A stretch of 64,000 nt of DNA from Rhodosorus marinus CCMP1338 (GCA_029953675.1 JAMWBK010000001.1:2604001-2668000); one strand, 5' to 3'; positions 24,439 to 37,368 are shown, numbered from the stretch's first letter. Made by a program: numbers and translations. Notes: a model not told the origin generated them from the sequence alone.

Positions 24439-25946
24439 ATGAATGCTTTTGCGTCTGGTGGAGGCGGTTTCTCAAATCCGAACAATGACTTCTTGGTGGC
24501 CAACCCACCAAACGATAGTATTTCACAGATCGCATTTTCACCGCGAACACTACAGCCGAAGAACTTTCTAGTGGGAGGCACATGGGACAATGAGGTATGC
24601 CGGGAAACTACGCCCTTGCCCCTCAGCGCTGGCGCCCTTGCAACATGTCCCTTACTTTTTCGTTTTCTTCGTTTCAGGCGAGGCTCTGGGAGATCAACCC
24701 AGATGGAAGTAGTAACATGCTCACTTCGACCCGGCATGACGGACCGATACTCTCGGTGTCCTGGAGAGAGGATGGTCAGGCAGTCTTTACTGCAGGAGCA
24801 GATAGGATCGTGAAGATGTGGGACCTCGCGAAGAATACCGCGGTAACTGGTGAGGATCGATAGCGAGCGTCGTCATCACGAAGGAAAATTTCTCACTAGG
24901 GAAGAGTGCTCTTTGGAAACAGTGGCACAACATGATGAACCGATCCGATGCGTGGAGTATGTGAGCGAGCAGGCGATGAATACGCCCTGTATTGTGACGG
25001 GATCTTGGGACAAATCAGTCAGGTATTGGGACGTCCGCGCTCCTTCCGGACAGCCAATGGGAGTGGTACCAGCCCCAGAGAGAGTGTGAGTCGAGCAGAT
25101 CCTGTTCGCCGCGTGTGATAATTATTTTTGCGGCTATTTCTTAGTTTATGCTGATTACGGATCTCCCGATTACACAGGTACGCCATGGCTTCTAGGGGCC
25201 AAATGCTTGTGGTTGGAACTGCTGAGAGGAAGCTTATCGTCTATGACATGAGAAAACCAACAACGCCCTTTCTCGAGAAGGATAGTCAGCTCAAGCACCA
25301 AACGAGGTGCGGCAATCTTACGGCAAATGCGCCTCGAGGACTAGATTCTTGTGGACCGATTCTAACAGATTTGTCCCTGGAACGTCTCCATTCAGGTGTA
25401 TTGCAACGTTTCCGGATTCGACAGGCTTTGCCGTTGGTAGCGTTGAGGGGAGGGTGAGCATCGACTATGTGCTTGAGGCTGACATCAAAGCAGAGAAGTA
25501 CTTTGCTTTCAAATGCCATCGGGACACCAAAAATTCAAATGTTTATGCGGTGAACTCCATTGCGTTCCACGAAGAATATTCCACGTTTGCAACGGCTGGC
25601 AGCGACGGTAAGCTTCGCGGACCGCCCGCCACCGTCCCCGTCACCTTCACCTCCGCTCTTGCTCAGAACGCATTTTTTTTTTTGCTTTGACAAAGGTGGG
25701 TTCTGCTTTTGGGACAAGGATTCCAAGTCACGACTGAAGGAGTTCAACAAAGTCGATCAGCCGATCACCTCGTGCTGCTTCAACTATGATGGAAAGATCT
25801 TTGCCTACGCCGTGAGCTACGACTGGTCTAAAGGTGCCTTCGAGCACAACCCCGCCGCGAAGAAACCCTATATCTTGCTGCACGCTGTTCAAGACCAGGA
25901 GATCAAGAGCAGAGAAAGATCATCACGACAGGGAACTAGACGATAG
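24439..25946 (+). CDS. RAE1: mRNA export factor Rae1/Gle2 (WD40), multi-exon
   Basis: PPNDSISQIAFS, TGSWDKSVRYWD, GFAVGSVEGRV, FAFKCHR, VYAVNSIAFH, FATAGSDG, IFAYAVSYDWSKG. Confidence 0.96.
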
Positions 25947-26238
25947 GATTTCAAGTATAAGAACTCCTCAGAGCTGGAAGCTGACCAGCCCGAAAACTCT
26001 GAGGCGAATGAACTAAGTAACTGTTGGCATGTGTGTGTTTTTTTTCTAATTTCTTCTTTTTGTTTGGTTTTGGTGGGATTTTTCTTCCTTCTGCATAAAG
26101 TAAGGATGGACCTGGTGTCCCTCCTGCCCCACGGCTCAACAAGCACACGGCTATCTCTCCGCAAGCAATAGACGCAGGAAGACCTCATCCACTTCCGTCC
26201 AAACGTGTTTGTTTTTCCTATACATTGGGCCTTCCTAT

Positions 26239-28212
26239 TCAACGGATGTTGAGATTCTGTACAGCTATGCCCAAGCCTTCACACTGTGACATTTGGTTTC
26301 TGTTCGCGAGGAGGAAAGAATGCAACGGAGAAGCAAAATCAGCGGCCAGGGATTTAGCGGTTTCCGGTGTTTCTGTTTCGCCCGGCTGGACGTACTTGAA
26401 ATGGCGTCCCTTCCAGTAGACGTGCAGGCAACATGTACATTGCCAAAACTCGTCGTGAAGCTGGAGCTCCTTCTCCGTCACCAGCGAACCCGCACCTTCT
26501 CTCCCGAACCTGTTAAACTCCTTGTTGTTACATTTCACGCAACGCGCGACGCGTTGGTTGACCCCCATGGGAATTCTGAATATTCGCGCGACCTCCAGGA
26601 CTTGATCCGTAGCTTTCGCAGCCATCACTCGGTAACACGGCAGGCCCATTTTAACCGCCTTGGCAAACAGACGACCTGTCTTGGTTAGAATGACCCGTCG
26701 GTCCAGTTTCGCGGCGCTCAGTATCCATGCGTGGTTCTCATGCGGTGGGAAGAGCGTATCCATTCCGAGGAATCGAAGATGTCGCGCAGTCCTCTGCATC
26801 ATATTATCCACTACAAACCCGCGATCCTCGATATCCACTTGAATAAGCCACGGCGGTGACCCCAACCAGTTGGCCCGGCAAAGCTCAAAGAGATCCGGTA
26901 CAGTGATTCTATATACATACCCGGGTTTCCCAGCTGAGCAAACAATTCTCTCCTTCTCCCCGCCCGAGAGGTGTCTCAAACTGTCGTCGAAAAGAACTTG
27001 AATGAGACCCTGAAACCTCATCCCCAGCGGACCAATATTTCCGGGACTGTGCCCGAACAGCTCTGTACACTCGCGGGATGTCGCCATCCTCACTGATTTC
27101 CTGTCTACACCATAGTACGCCGAAGCGAGACCGAGATCTACCCGTCGGGTACCCGTCGTGACCACGAGAACAGGTCGTTTCTCCTGGACAATCAGGGCTA
27201 TAGATTTCCCGATTTCCTCGCCCTTGCCAAGACCTCCAGTCTCAAGCACCACTGGCGATTCCTCGAACCCCTTCAGTCCCATGGGAAGCGCGATGCCTTC
27301 TTCATCGAGATCCATCGTCCATTCCGACCTGGATTGGTCCCTCAGAGGACAGATCTCGCTGGCGATCTGGACCAATACCCACGCATCGATCGACGCATAT
27401 TGAACTTGCTCAAAAGTTAACGGTCTCCGTGCCCAGTCGGAGACCTGCATCGACTTATCGAGAGGCAGACCGAGTGTAGCCTGGACCGCCCCCGACAGTC
27501 CGCTGCCAGAGCCCAAGACTAGACTGTGGTTTTTCTGGTCGAACCCGAAACCTAGTCGATGAAGTACGTTGATTTCGATGAGGCCCTGAATACCTTCGAG
27601 CGTACACGGCAGTTCGCGACGGTGTGACGCTCGGAGCCTGGCGAGGTCGTCGACAAACCCGTATCCCAGTTTCCGGACATGTCGGCACTGGAAGAGGGCT
27701 GCCAGGGCTTCATTTAACCTCCTCCAAAATAGACGATTACCACGGTCCGCGGAGACTAACAAATCCAGAAGAAAAACCCGGTGCTCAAAGCCAACCTGCA
27801 GAACCGCACAGTAAGGCTTCTCAGCTGCTCTCACGGGTTTCCATTCCACGTCAAGTCCCACATCTGCGCCTTCAATACAGCTTCTCTCAACCGTCCGCTC
27901 GAAACTCGTCAGTTCTCCACCTTGTTCCGCTCCTGCACCCACCCAAACAACCAATACATCCGCGCCAAGCACAACAAAATCACCTCGTTTCACCTCCTTC
28001 GTTTCGACAACACTCCCACTATACCACATCGTTTCTTCATCCTCCCAGTAACCCCAACCTAGCCGGCAACCACCCTCCTCCCAAGTCGACATTCGCCGTT
28101 CACTCTTCCAACTCTTCTTATGAAGACGTCTCTTCGCACGCGTCCATCCGCAACCTCCTTTGAACGAGATGGTAACTCTCCTCGTCGTCACAAAATGCGA
28201 TGCTTGGGGCAT
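26239..28212 (-). CDS. Mut-7/EXD3-like protein: DEDDy 3'-5' exonuclease, YbaK-like domain and Mut7-C RNase/zinc-ribbon domain
   Basis: VGLDVEWKP..VLQV, KLGYGFVDDL, DKSMQVSDWARRPLTFEQVQYASIDAW; YbaK-like VRMATSRECTELFGHSPGNIGPLG; FVVDNMMQRTARHLRFLGMDT, RCVKCN..FWQCTCCLHVYWKGRH; true start and last intron uncertain. Confidence 0.88.
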   Translation of the reverse strand: MPQASHFVTTRRVTISFKGGCGWTRAKRRLHKKSWKSERRMSTWEEGGCRLGWGYWEDEETMWYSGSVVETKEVKRGDFVVLGADVLVVWVGAGAEQGGELTSFERTVERSCIEGADVGLDVEWKPVRAAEKPYCAVLQVGFEHRVFLLDLLVSADRGNRLFWRRLNEALAALFQCRHVRKLGYGFVDDLARLRASHRRELPCTLEGIQGLIEINVLHRLGFGFDQKNHSLVLGSGSGLSGAVQATLGLPLDKSMQVSDWARRPLTFEQVQYASIDAWVLVQIASEICPLRDQSRSEWTMDLDEEGIALPMGLKGFEESPVVLETGGLGKGEEIGKSIALIVQEKRPVLVVTTGTRRVDLGLASAYYGVDRKSVRMATSRECTELFGHSPGNIGPLGMRFQGLIQVLFDDSLRHLSGGEKERIVCSAGKPGYVYRITVPDLFELCRANWLGSPPWLIQVDIEDRGFVVDNMMQRTARHLRFLGMDTLFPPHENHAWILSAAKLDRRVILTKTGRLFAKAVKMGLPCYRVMAAKATDQVLEVARIFRIPMGVNQRVARCVKCNNKEFNRFGREGAGSLVTEKELQLHDEFWQCTCCLHVYWKGRHFKYVQPGETETPETAKSLAADFASPLHSFLLANRNQMSQCEGLGIAVQNLNIR

Positions 28213-29292
28213 TTACTACTCGTAAAGAATGCGTCTTCAGAGGACGGACTTGAAATCGCCAATCTGCATCTGTGCGTTCACGATTAGTCTCCCATTTCAA
28301 GGAAGGTTTCTTCCTTCGTTCCATTTTCTCCTCCTCTGAAGCATTGCTTGTATTGTCTAGTGCTGACCAGAATGGTTCAATAGGAGGCTAAGGTCCACGA
28401 ATGAGGTACACTGGGCAGGTTGCAAACTAGGGCAGCGTTACACCGCAAGCGAGTCACCTTTGCAGACCCAGTGACTTTCCTCTATGTGCCTTTCGAAACT
28501 TGCCGAAGACTTGCGAGCACGAATAAGACAGACCTTGTTGTAACTCTCAAGCATGCTTCTGGACTCTTTGAGCCTGCCATCTTGAGCAAAGCTCTTGCCG
28601 CGATGTTGTGGAGGGGCAACTCTTGAGTTGCACTTGGTACCCACGAGAGTGGTAGTAGGTTTTAGTAGGTACAGTTTACTGGTTAGTTAGTAGTCACCCT
28701 GTATGACTGCCCTCTCCCTTTGTCCTAAGACACCCCATCGCGGGTCGCTAATTTTTTCTAGTGAACCAAAGCCCCACTCAACAAAGGAACGTACAGTTGA
28801 GAAAGAGCATCAGGTTGGTCACGCTGACACTCTCCAGGCAGGCAAGCATCCCACCCAGCAGCGTTGTCTAAGAAAACGACAAACCGTTTTCAATGCCAAG
28901 ATCCCAGATGAGTTGCCAAGGAAGGGCGTAGAGAGCACACTTCCAGCACTAAAGCAGCATTGTAGCGTCGAAGAGTCAGTAGGCCTTCGAAACATACGGA
29001 CGACTTGCCAAGCTCGTACAATGGCAGACCTTCACCTGCTCACCAGGCATCGAGACTCCGACCTCTGCCGCCCATGCGGCACAGCTCTCGATGGCAGTAA
29101 ACAGTAGGCACGGTGGAGATGCAACTCTTGCGGTGCATTTCGTAGCTATGAGAGTGCCAGAAGGTTTTAATCGTTGAGGGCTTACGGATAATTTACTAGT
29201 CAAACACTGTGACTTCTCTTTCCCTCTCAGAGAAAACACTCACACGGGGTTGTTAGTTTTTCGATAAACCAGGCAGTCCAGCTTAAAGAAAC

Positions 29293-29797
29293 ATACAGCT
29301 GAGAAAGAGCATCGGGGGGCAAGTCACGCCAGCATTCAGTGAGAAAGAGCATAGGGACAAGTCATGTTAGTATACAGCGGAGATAGAGCATCGGGGCAAG
29401 TCATGGTAGAATACAGTGAGAAAGAGCATCGGGGCAAGTCCGGCAGCATTCACTGAGAAGGAGCATCGGGACAAGTCCGGTAGAATTCACTGAGAAAAGA
29501 GCACCAGGGCAAGTCTGGTAGAATTCACTGAGAAAGAGCACCAGGGCGAGTCACGGTAGCAAACAGCTGAGAAAGAGCACCAGGGAATGTCACGATGGCA
29601 TACAGCTGAGAAAGAGCATCAGGGCAAGTCACGGTAGCATACAGCTGAGAAAGAGCACCAGGGCAAGTCACGGGAGCATACAGCTGAGAAAGAGCAACAG
29701 GGGAAGGTCACGGGAGCACGCAGGTGAGAAAGAGCAACAGGGGAAGGTCACGGGAGCATACAGCTGAGAAAGAGCATCGGAGCAAGTCACGACAGCA
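29293..29797. repeat. Minisatellite, 13 tandem units of 37-41 bp (consensus ~ATACAGCTGAGAAAGAGCACCAGGGCAAGTCACGGTAGC)
   Basis: Units counted by eye; one diverged outlying unit at ~28792-28830. Confidence 0.95.
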
Positions 29798-30175
29798 CTC
29801 AAAGAATTTTAAGACCTCCATAAATAAAAGGGGGACAAACCAATGAGCCGCTCGCCCGTGCCGTTCGTTTTGGTATGGTGGAAGTATAGAGAAGATAGGC
29901 TAGTCTGGTATTGAATCTGCAACTAGAGTGAGAGACAAGTGTTCAGGGAGGGGATTGATTGGACGTCAAGACATGCCGTAGGAGTAAGTGCTGCGGATGT
30001 GAATCAGCAGCGGCTTGGGGGGGGGTTTGAGTATGGAAACCTATCTCCGGATGAGGAGGGAGGGGGATAGTGAGATATTCTGGACTAGGGGTATAGAGGG
30101 ACAGCTTGGGGGTTTTTGAGAGGAAGGGGCTGTATTATTGCTTGTGGATTTTGAGAGAGGGAGGGCTAGAGCTGT

Positions 30176-32404
30176 TTGAAGAGAAGCGTTTTGTGGCGGC
30201 GGGGTATGGGCAATGCCGGAGTCGAGCGATTGCTCGTTGCAAATCGTGGTGAAATTGCACGGAGGATATTCCGAACGGCGCGACGACTGGGGATTGAGTG
30301 TGTGGCTGTGTACAGTGACGCAGATGACCGAGCGGCTCATGTCTCAGAGGCAGACTATGCAGTCCGAATTGGGCCAGCTCGGGCCCTGGACAGCTACCTG
30401 AATATCGATGCCATTTTGAAGGCTGCTAAAGCGAGCGGAGCAGATGCAGTACATCCCGGATACGGGTTCCTTTCTGAAAATTCGAGTTTTGCCAGGGCCT
30501 GTGCTACCTCCAAGCTCAATTTCATTGGCCCACCTGTTGAGGCCATTGAGAAAATGGGATCCAAGGCTGCCGCGAGGCAATTGATGTCCGACGGTGGCGT
30601 CCCAGTTATCCCTGGATACCACGGAGAGGACCAAACTGACGAGCGGCTCTTCGCGGAGGCAAAATCGATCGGATTTCCGGTCCTGATCAAGCCGGTCATG
30701 GGAGGTGGCGGAAAGGGAATGTACATAGTATACGACGAGAATGATTTGGGCGAGGCACTGAAAGCCAGTCGTGGCGTTGCATCATCTGCGTTCGGGGACA
30801 GTCGCGTTCTTCTCGAGAAGTATATCGCACAGTCACGGCATGTGGAGGTGCAAATCTTCGGCGACAAGCATGGCAACCACGTTCACCTTTGGGAGAGAGA
30901 CTGCTCCGTCCAACGGCGACATCAGAAGATCATTGAGGAGGCCCCTGCACCCGATCTTGGCGATTCTCTGCGATCAAAGTTTGGTCGCGCAGCTGTTGCC
31001 GCAGCCAAGCAGGTCAAGTACGAAAATGCTGGCACAGTCGAGTTCATTCTGGACGTGTCTGATGGGAAAAGGTGAGGTGTTTCGCCAAACCGTCGATATC
31101 CGCGCACTCTGCTGAACAGATGATGTGCTTGGCTTTTGCCCTGCGGGCTTCTTGGCAGGGATTTCTACTTTCTGGAGATGAATACACGCCTTCAGGTTGA
31201 GCATCCAGTGACTGAAGAAATCACCGGACAGGACCTGGTGGAGTGGCAGCTTCGAGTAGCACGTGGAGAGAGGCTACCGATCACTGAACAGTCCCAAATT
31301 CCGTGCCGGGGTCACGCCATTGAGGCTAGGATATATGCGGAGAGCCCTGAGGAAGGATTCCTACCCCAGGCGGGGACAGTAAACAGGTTTAGGTTTCCTG
31401 GAGACCCCGCTCACGTTAGGGTCGACTCCGGTATTCGAGAAGGGGATTCCGTAGGAGTGTTTTACGATCCCATGGTTGCCAAGGTGATCGCGACGGGGGA
31501 TTCTCGCGCAGAAGCTATGACCCGGCTGCGCAATGCGCTGCGGGGTTCGCAAGTGTTGGGGATCAAGACGAACTGTAGCTTCGTCAGTAAGATTCTCTCC
31601 GAGGATGAATTCGTAGCTGGAACGCACGACACCTCGATTCTTGAGAAGAACATGGAGAAGCTGCTGAAGAGCTCAGACCAGGAGTCTAAACCACCCGGAG
31701 CGCTTCTGGCCGCCGCGCTAACCCGACGACTCGTGCTTTTGGAGCACTACAAGCAGATAAATGGGCACAACGCCGCGTTCAAGAGCAACCCAGGGTTTGC
31801 TCTATTCGACGCGCCAAGGACACTAGTTCGGATAGATGGAAAGGAAGTGGTGGTAGAGGAGACTTCGGAGCAAGTTTTCGACGTGCGCGAGGGTGATGAT
31901 GTGATCGGGTCGGTCGTCTTGCACTCCTGCCGATCAGTGGGCAGTGACGAGTTTGAACTCGACGTCTCCGTTAAAGGCGTACGATTGAAATGGCATACCG
32001 TCCAGGCCGGGTCCGAGATCGGTGTCTACTCGTTCGAGAAAGCAGGACAGGTCTTTACGGGGGACCCCGAGGAGGAGGAAGAACAAGAACATGACCATGA
32101 GGTAGGATTTTCTCGTACCAATTCTGCACGAGTGGAATTTGTCGCTGACCGAGAGATTCGCTCGATCTTTTTGGAACAGGATGGTACGGAGTCCTCCATC
32201 AAGGCCCCGTTACCAGGTCTGATCAAGGCCGTAATGGTCCAGGTAGGAGACCTGGTGCAGAAGGATGACGTGCTAGTAAATTTGGAGGCGATGAAGATGG
32301 CCCATTCTCTCAAGTCTCCGCATGCCGGAGTCGTAAAGCACCTCCACACCGCAGAGGGTGAGATTGTGACGTTCGGAAAGGCACTCGTCAGCGTACAAAA
32401 GTAG
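30176..32404 (+). CDS. MCCC1: Methylcrotonoyl-CoA carboxylase alpha (biotin-containing) subunit
   Basis: LLVANRGEIARR, HPGYGFLSEN, ERDCSVQRRHQKIIEEAPAP, EMNTRLQVEHPVTE, biotin site EAMKM; intron at ~31072-31158; N-terminal exon unresolved. Confidence 0.92.
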
Positions 32405-34351
32405 TCTGCTTAGCCAGTGATGTTTTATAAGGCTTTATGTAAATAAGGAATGTCGGCGGTGGACATAAAGCTTGTGCGAACTGGACCCTTAGCAAGGTAT
32501 CCTATCCAAGACAAGTGGATTTATCAGGATGTTGTCCAGCCCATGCCCCTCGACGACTACTTATTCTTTTTGGGGCGCCTGTCCTTGCGTCGAGCCAGAT
32601 GAAACCAACTCTGGCACCGAGGGAAAGGCAGAATCCCAACCAGATCCATTTCAGCTGCTGACGCACTCGCTTCCACGAGAGTCATGGGGAACTAGAGAGT
32701 TGCAATCATATTTGCACAGCACTGTGGTGGTGGTTTCACCATGCACACAAGCAAGCAATGTGCAGCGTGGCGCTCATGGAGTCTTTGAGCCAACCAGTTC
32801 CCTTACCATCAAGTAACCCGAACGATTCAATCACAAACGGGAGTAAACGATGGATCATGGCCGATCGCCGAACGCTTGATGGCGGACTGCGACGTCAAGG
32901 AATTCATAGGTGAGTTGGAACGCCTTCTTTACAGTGTACGCATTGGGGGTTAGGTGCGGGGTAAGCTCTTCCCTAGCCGTGCGGGGCTTCTGGAGACGTT
33001 CACGGAATTTAGCCTGATGCACTTTTTCACTAATAGATTTCTTCTGCCGGTTTTTTGGAATTTACAATCGCTTGGTAGCGACGATGATGAACATAGGACG
33101 CCTAGCAAACTTCAGAGGTGAGCGCCTCCGGCTCTGTCGGAGCTTACTAAGGTTACGGCAAAGCTAATCTGGGTTAGTACCCGAAGAATAGCTTAACTTC
33201 CAGCTCCATCTGCCAGATGATCTGGGGATTCGCAGGGTTTTGCCGTTATAACCACAATCTATTTGCGAATAGTCAATCATTATAAAAAGGAAATAAAGGA
33301 CAGCGTGCTGTTGCGTGAGTTTTCGGGAAGCTTTAAGAAATTGTTATCGTTTCGTATAGGACGCCTACGGGCCTTGGTACTGAAGGTATCTTTGATTGGA
33401 TCCAGCGACTGGGATTTGCTTAGACTTTAGGAGTTCGTTGTTGCCGCCCCCAGCAGCAACAATGCCAATCCTGCCCCAACAGCCTCCCCAAGCAGCTCCT
33501 CTGCGACGACTGGGGAATTCTTGTCATCAATAATTCTGGGGCGGCAAAGGCTGCCTCGCTGGCATGTTTGTATTTCATCCGTCCACTTGGATGCGTGCTT
33601 AACCAGTCGCATCCGATAATCTTTCTCGGACGTTCTCTAACAACCCCCACGGCCTGGACACCTCAACCAACAATGTGAGCGTGGTTGGGACCCTCCGACG
33701 TTAGGGACACCACTGTCTCGAGGGGACGATAGAAATCTTGCTTTGCTGTGTGAAAGCACCACTATGAGCTGTGATCAGGACTACAATCACCTGGTAGTAG
33801 ATCATGGATGGCATGGATGCGAGCAGACACCGCGGACGTTTCGATGGGTTTGGGTATGCTTTTTTTTTCCCAAGTGCTCGGAAAGGAAAGAGCTTTCGAG
33901 CTGCTCTAGGACAACGATACCATCAAGAGCAATATTAACCCTTGAGTCCGTACTTGGAGAAGCCCGCCACTCATTCTCCGCAGCCGGACACAAGTAATAA
34001 TACCTGTTTAGCTAGCATTCTCGCACCTCTTAAATCGAAGAAATCTGAGATCTCAGACGGCGATTATCGATACAAGTAGCTTTTGGTAGTAACGCCTGCA
34101 TCCTTAATGAAGACTTCGAGTCCGTGCCCGGTGAAACCGACTCGGTTTGCTCCCCAGACACCTTCAGTCACAGTGCACCCCCCCCGTCTAATTCTCTTGC
34201 TCGATCCTGGTCGTTTCGGCTAGGCAATGAGAGCTGGTCGTTAAGGTATCGCTGGCGGTGGCATTGGCGGCAAGGTGAAATAGGATTCTAGAAGAGCAAA
34301 CGTGAAGACCCTTTTGGAAAGAAGTTCAAAGGTTGAAGTTTATTCGACGTC

Positions 34352-35146
34352 ATGAGTAAGTTGGACAAGGCAACGGTCGATCAGGTTATGGAACTCGGTA
34401 ACCGAGTGAACGAGATTAGAAGGCATTTATCTCAGGTAAGGAGTTTTTTTAAAACGAGTGGGTTTGACCAAGTATTCGAACTGGATACTAGCAGCATGGA
34501 ATGCTCGATAATGATTTTGTGAGAGCGCGATTGGCTATGTTCGTCTCTGTCTAACTGATGCTCTGGATCGCGATTCTGCGTCGTTGATAGATCACCATGC
34601 AGCTTCAAAACGCTGAGAGGGAGCGAGCGATTGCTCGTCTGAGTCTCAATCATCTAGACCAGCTTCCGGAAACTACGAATACGTGAGTTAGAATTCATGT
34701 CTTTTTCAGATCTACCGTTTTTGCTCGCTTGCATTCTAACGAGAGAGGGCAAAAACCGGTGTTGGCATAGTTTCAAACCCGTCGGGAAAATGTTCGTGCT
34801 CGAGGACAAAGAAGGTCTTAAGCAGCAACTCAATGAGAGCATGAAGCAATCAGCGGAAGACTCTGCTGCAAAAGCGGTGAGGAACAAGCGTTTAAATGGC
34901 GGGAGAGACGCCCAGGCCTCGTCACGAAGTCGATCTAAAATTACTCTCGCTTTCGCAGTCCCTACGAGACCAGTTCGTGGCGAAACTGAAAGAAAACGAA
35001 GCGCAGGTGGAAGAACTAACCGCTCAGGTGCGTTTGCTGGATATCATTTCCCTTGCTGGCGCCTGCCAAAGAAACCTCATATGGTTCTTCCACTCCATCG
35101 CTTATGAAAGCTTCAAAAGCAGTCCGACGGATCGTCATCAAAGTAA
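34352..35146 (+). CDS. PFDN1: Prefoldin beta-type subunit, most like PFDN1 (5 exons)
   Basis: Manually spliced product MSKLDKATVDQVMELGNRVNEIRRHLSQ/ITMQLQNAERERAIARLSLNHLDQLPETTNT/FKPVGKMFVLEDKE.../SLRDQFVAKLKENEAQVEELTAQ/LQKQSDGSSSK*, with the beta-hairpin VGKMF motif. Confidence 0.8.
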
Positions 35147-35179
35147 CCTCCGCGCGAGCACAGTGACGAACGCGCTATA

Positions 35180-36794
35180 AGCCGGGGGAATCCAGCGAAA
35201 ACTGTATTGTCAGTACTACCAACAATTCTTTTCAGCCTGAATGCTTGTCGAACAATCAGCAAGGCAGTGGGAAAAAATTGCCCCTCACCGACCAGCTTTG
35301 AGGAGCCCGTAATCGGAAGAGGCAAGCAGCAGTAGGCTACCGATGCGCAAGAAGGGTTGAAAAGACGGTGCTCAATAGCTCTTCAATATGCTTTCAATAA
35401 TGCACAACATGTAATAAAGTTTAACAGACTGATTCTAGGCCGCCTGCTCGGAATTTTCGCCGATTAAATGGTCATACACCTGGGCATGAAGAAGCGAGGT
35501 ATTTCCGTGCAACTTCGAGCCTGGCGATCGCCCGGTGAAAAACTCATCGCCATTGGAAGCGACTGTTTGTAAAGTCTACGGAAGTCCTTAGAAGAGACTC
35601 CTGGGGGTAAATTCTTACCATTCCTAGGAGTGGACTTGAGCAGCTCGTTTTCCAACAGCTAGATACGCTGCACTGCCCCCGAAAAGAAGCTAGAGCTAGC
35701 CAACGCCATTTGCAGTCTTGTCAAGTTTACACAGAACGTGCCGCTTTCAGGAACCCGTGTACTCCGGAACAAGAAAAACGTCCTCGACAGTAGTCTTCGA
35801 AAGTGCGAACTACGAGAGAAAATGTGTTCGCTTTTACTAAGTCTACTCTACCGGTTCTCAATGGAAGAAAGAGACGTGAAGTTGGCTTCAGAAAGGAGAA
35901 ACCAGCTGATCTTACGTTCCCCCTACCTCCCGGCTTTAAAGCCAACGAGAAGATCGTCGGGAAGCCGTCAGAGGCAACGCCTCTAGTGTGATCTCGCAAA
36001 ACACAGCCCTTTTGAAGTTGAAAGCTTTAAGAAGAGCAACCAGAACAACTCAACGTGAGCCTTAAGTCTCCTTCAACTCACAGACGCTTTGCTTGTTCCA
36101 GAAGCCTGACAAAGACGCAAATGTCTTCGGGGACATGATCGCAAAGCCTTTTCAGATCCAAAGTGTCAACGTCTTGGCACTTTGTTTGTTGAACGTTCAA
36201 CGGGAGTAGGGAATCGATGCTTGGTGCACCGGCCACAAGGTGTCAGTGTGTTACCACCGTGTACCCCACCGACTAGACATGGTGTAGTGCTCCGTGCATG
36301 TTATCAACGGACCAACTTTATCTCCTCTGACAAGTCGGGTCTCGATTCAGAAAACGGACTAGTCGTTAGTCACAGAGTTTGAGGAAGGATCGTTTTGGAA
36401 ATCCGTTTTGAGAATATGCTCTCGAGCCGTTTTCAGATGGTAAAGTATTGTAAGACCTTCCAATGTTGCTGAATAAGACGTTGATGGTTACACATCCAAA
36501 CAACGTGTCGATGTGTTAGGACCCATGTACATTACCCGGCCGGACTTTGTGAAATACACTATCCATTTTATCAACCGGCTTAGCGCTTCCTCTTCCTGCA
36601 CAAAGCGAAACCCCACCCGGTGCGTGAGGAAGAAGTATCGGTTTGGACGTACTGTATGTTGAAGATGATTGTCCAGTTGCGTCTCAAGGAAAAAAGTTAC
36701 GCATTAAGTAATCATTTTATGTGTTTTTTCGGAAGATAGCTTTGGTTTTAGCCTAGCCTTCTTCTCCGGCAGTCGAGTAAACGACTAGGATCAT
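35180..36794 (-). CDS. Probable intron-rich gene of unknown function, divergent from RINT1
   Basis: Short coding-like segments bounded by GT/AG (e.g. CQDVDTLDLKRLCDHVPEDICVFVRLLEQAKR; SKDFRRLYKQSLP); could not be fully assembled. Confidence 0.3.
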
Positions 36795-37368
36795 GGAGGA
36801 CGGATCGGGTGTTCACTACAGTGGGTGTATGGGAAGGATGATGGCTAAGAGCTAAACCTTGTTAAGCATCGATTTGTAAAAAGGTATGGCAGAAATTATG
36901 TGAAGGGGGAGATATCGGAAAGGGAGTCGGATTGAGATGTGAGAGCGGGGAGAATTTTGGTTTAGTGGGTGGTTTGTGTTTGATCGATTGGATCTTTGTA
37001 TTGGTGGTAAAGCGCTGATCGGGGTTGGGTGTGTATTGTGAGGGTGCGGGGATTGCCGAACCTGTTAGATTTGTGCACCTGTAGTGCTCTCGAATAGATA
37101 CCTGGCTTCGGGACAGCCCGGGAGCTGTCGATTGAAGGTTTTGAGCGAGGGATTTTAAGAGACGAGGTGGATTGATCGAAAGCCTTTTTTGGGGGGCGGA
37201 CGAGAAGCCTGGGTTTGATTGATCGAGAGATTGCCTGTGCAGTTCTTGATGAACTTGTACGGTCTAGTCGTGGAGGAGGGGAAGTAGTCTGGTTCGGAGA
37301 AGAAGAATTGTAATGATGCGATAGTATAGTGAAAATTGAGGAAGTAGAGTAGATCAGATCGGCACAAT

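Noticed and set aside
29293-29797. CRISPR array
   Set aside because: The variable halves of the units are mutually homologous rather than unique spacers, no cas genes are present, and the context is eukaryotic; it is a minisatellite
32529-34300. Genes between MCCC1 and PFDN1
   Set aside because: Some exon-like pieces occur on both strands, but no coherent model or recognisable domain could be assembled by eye
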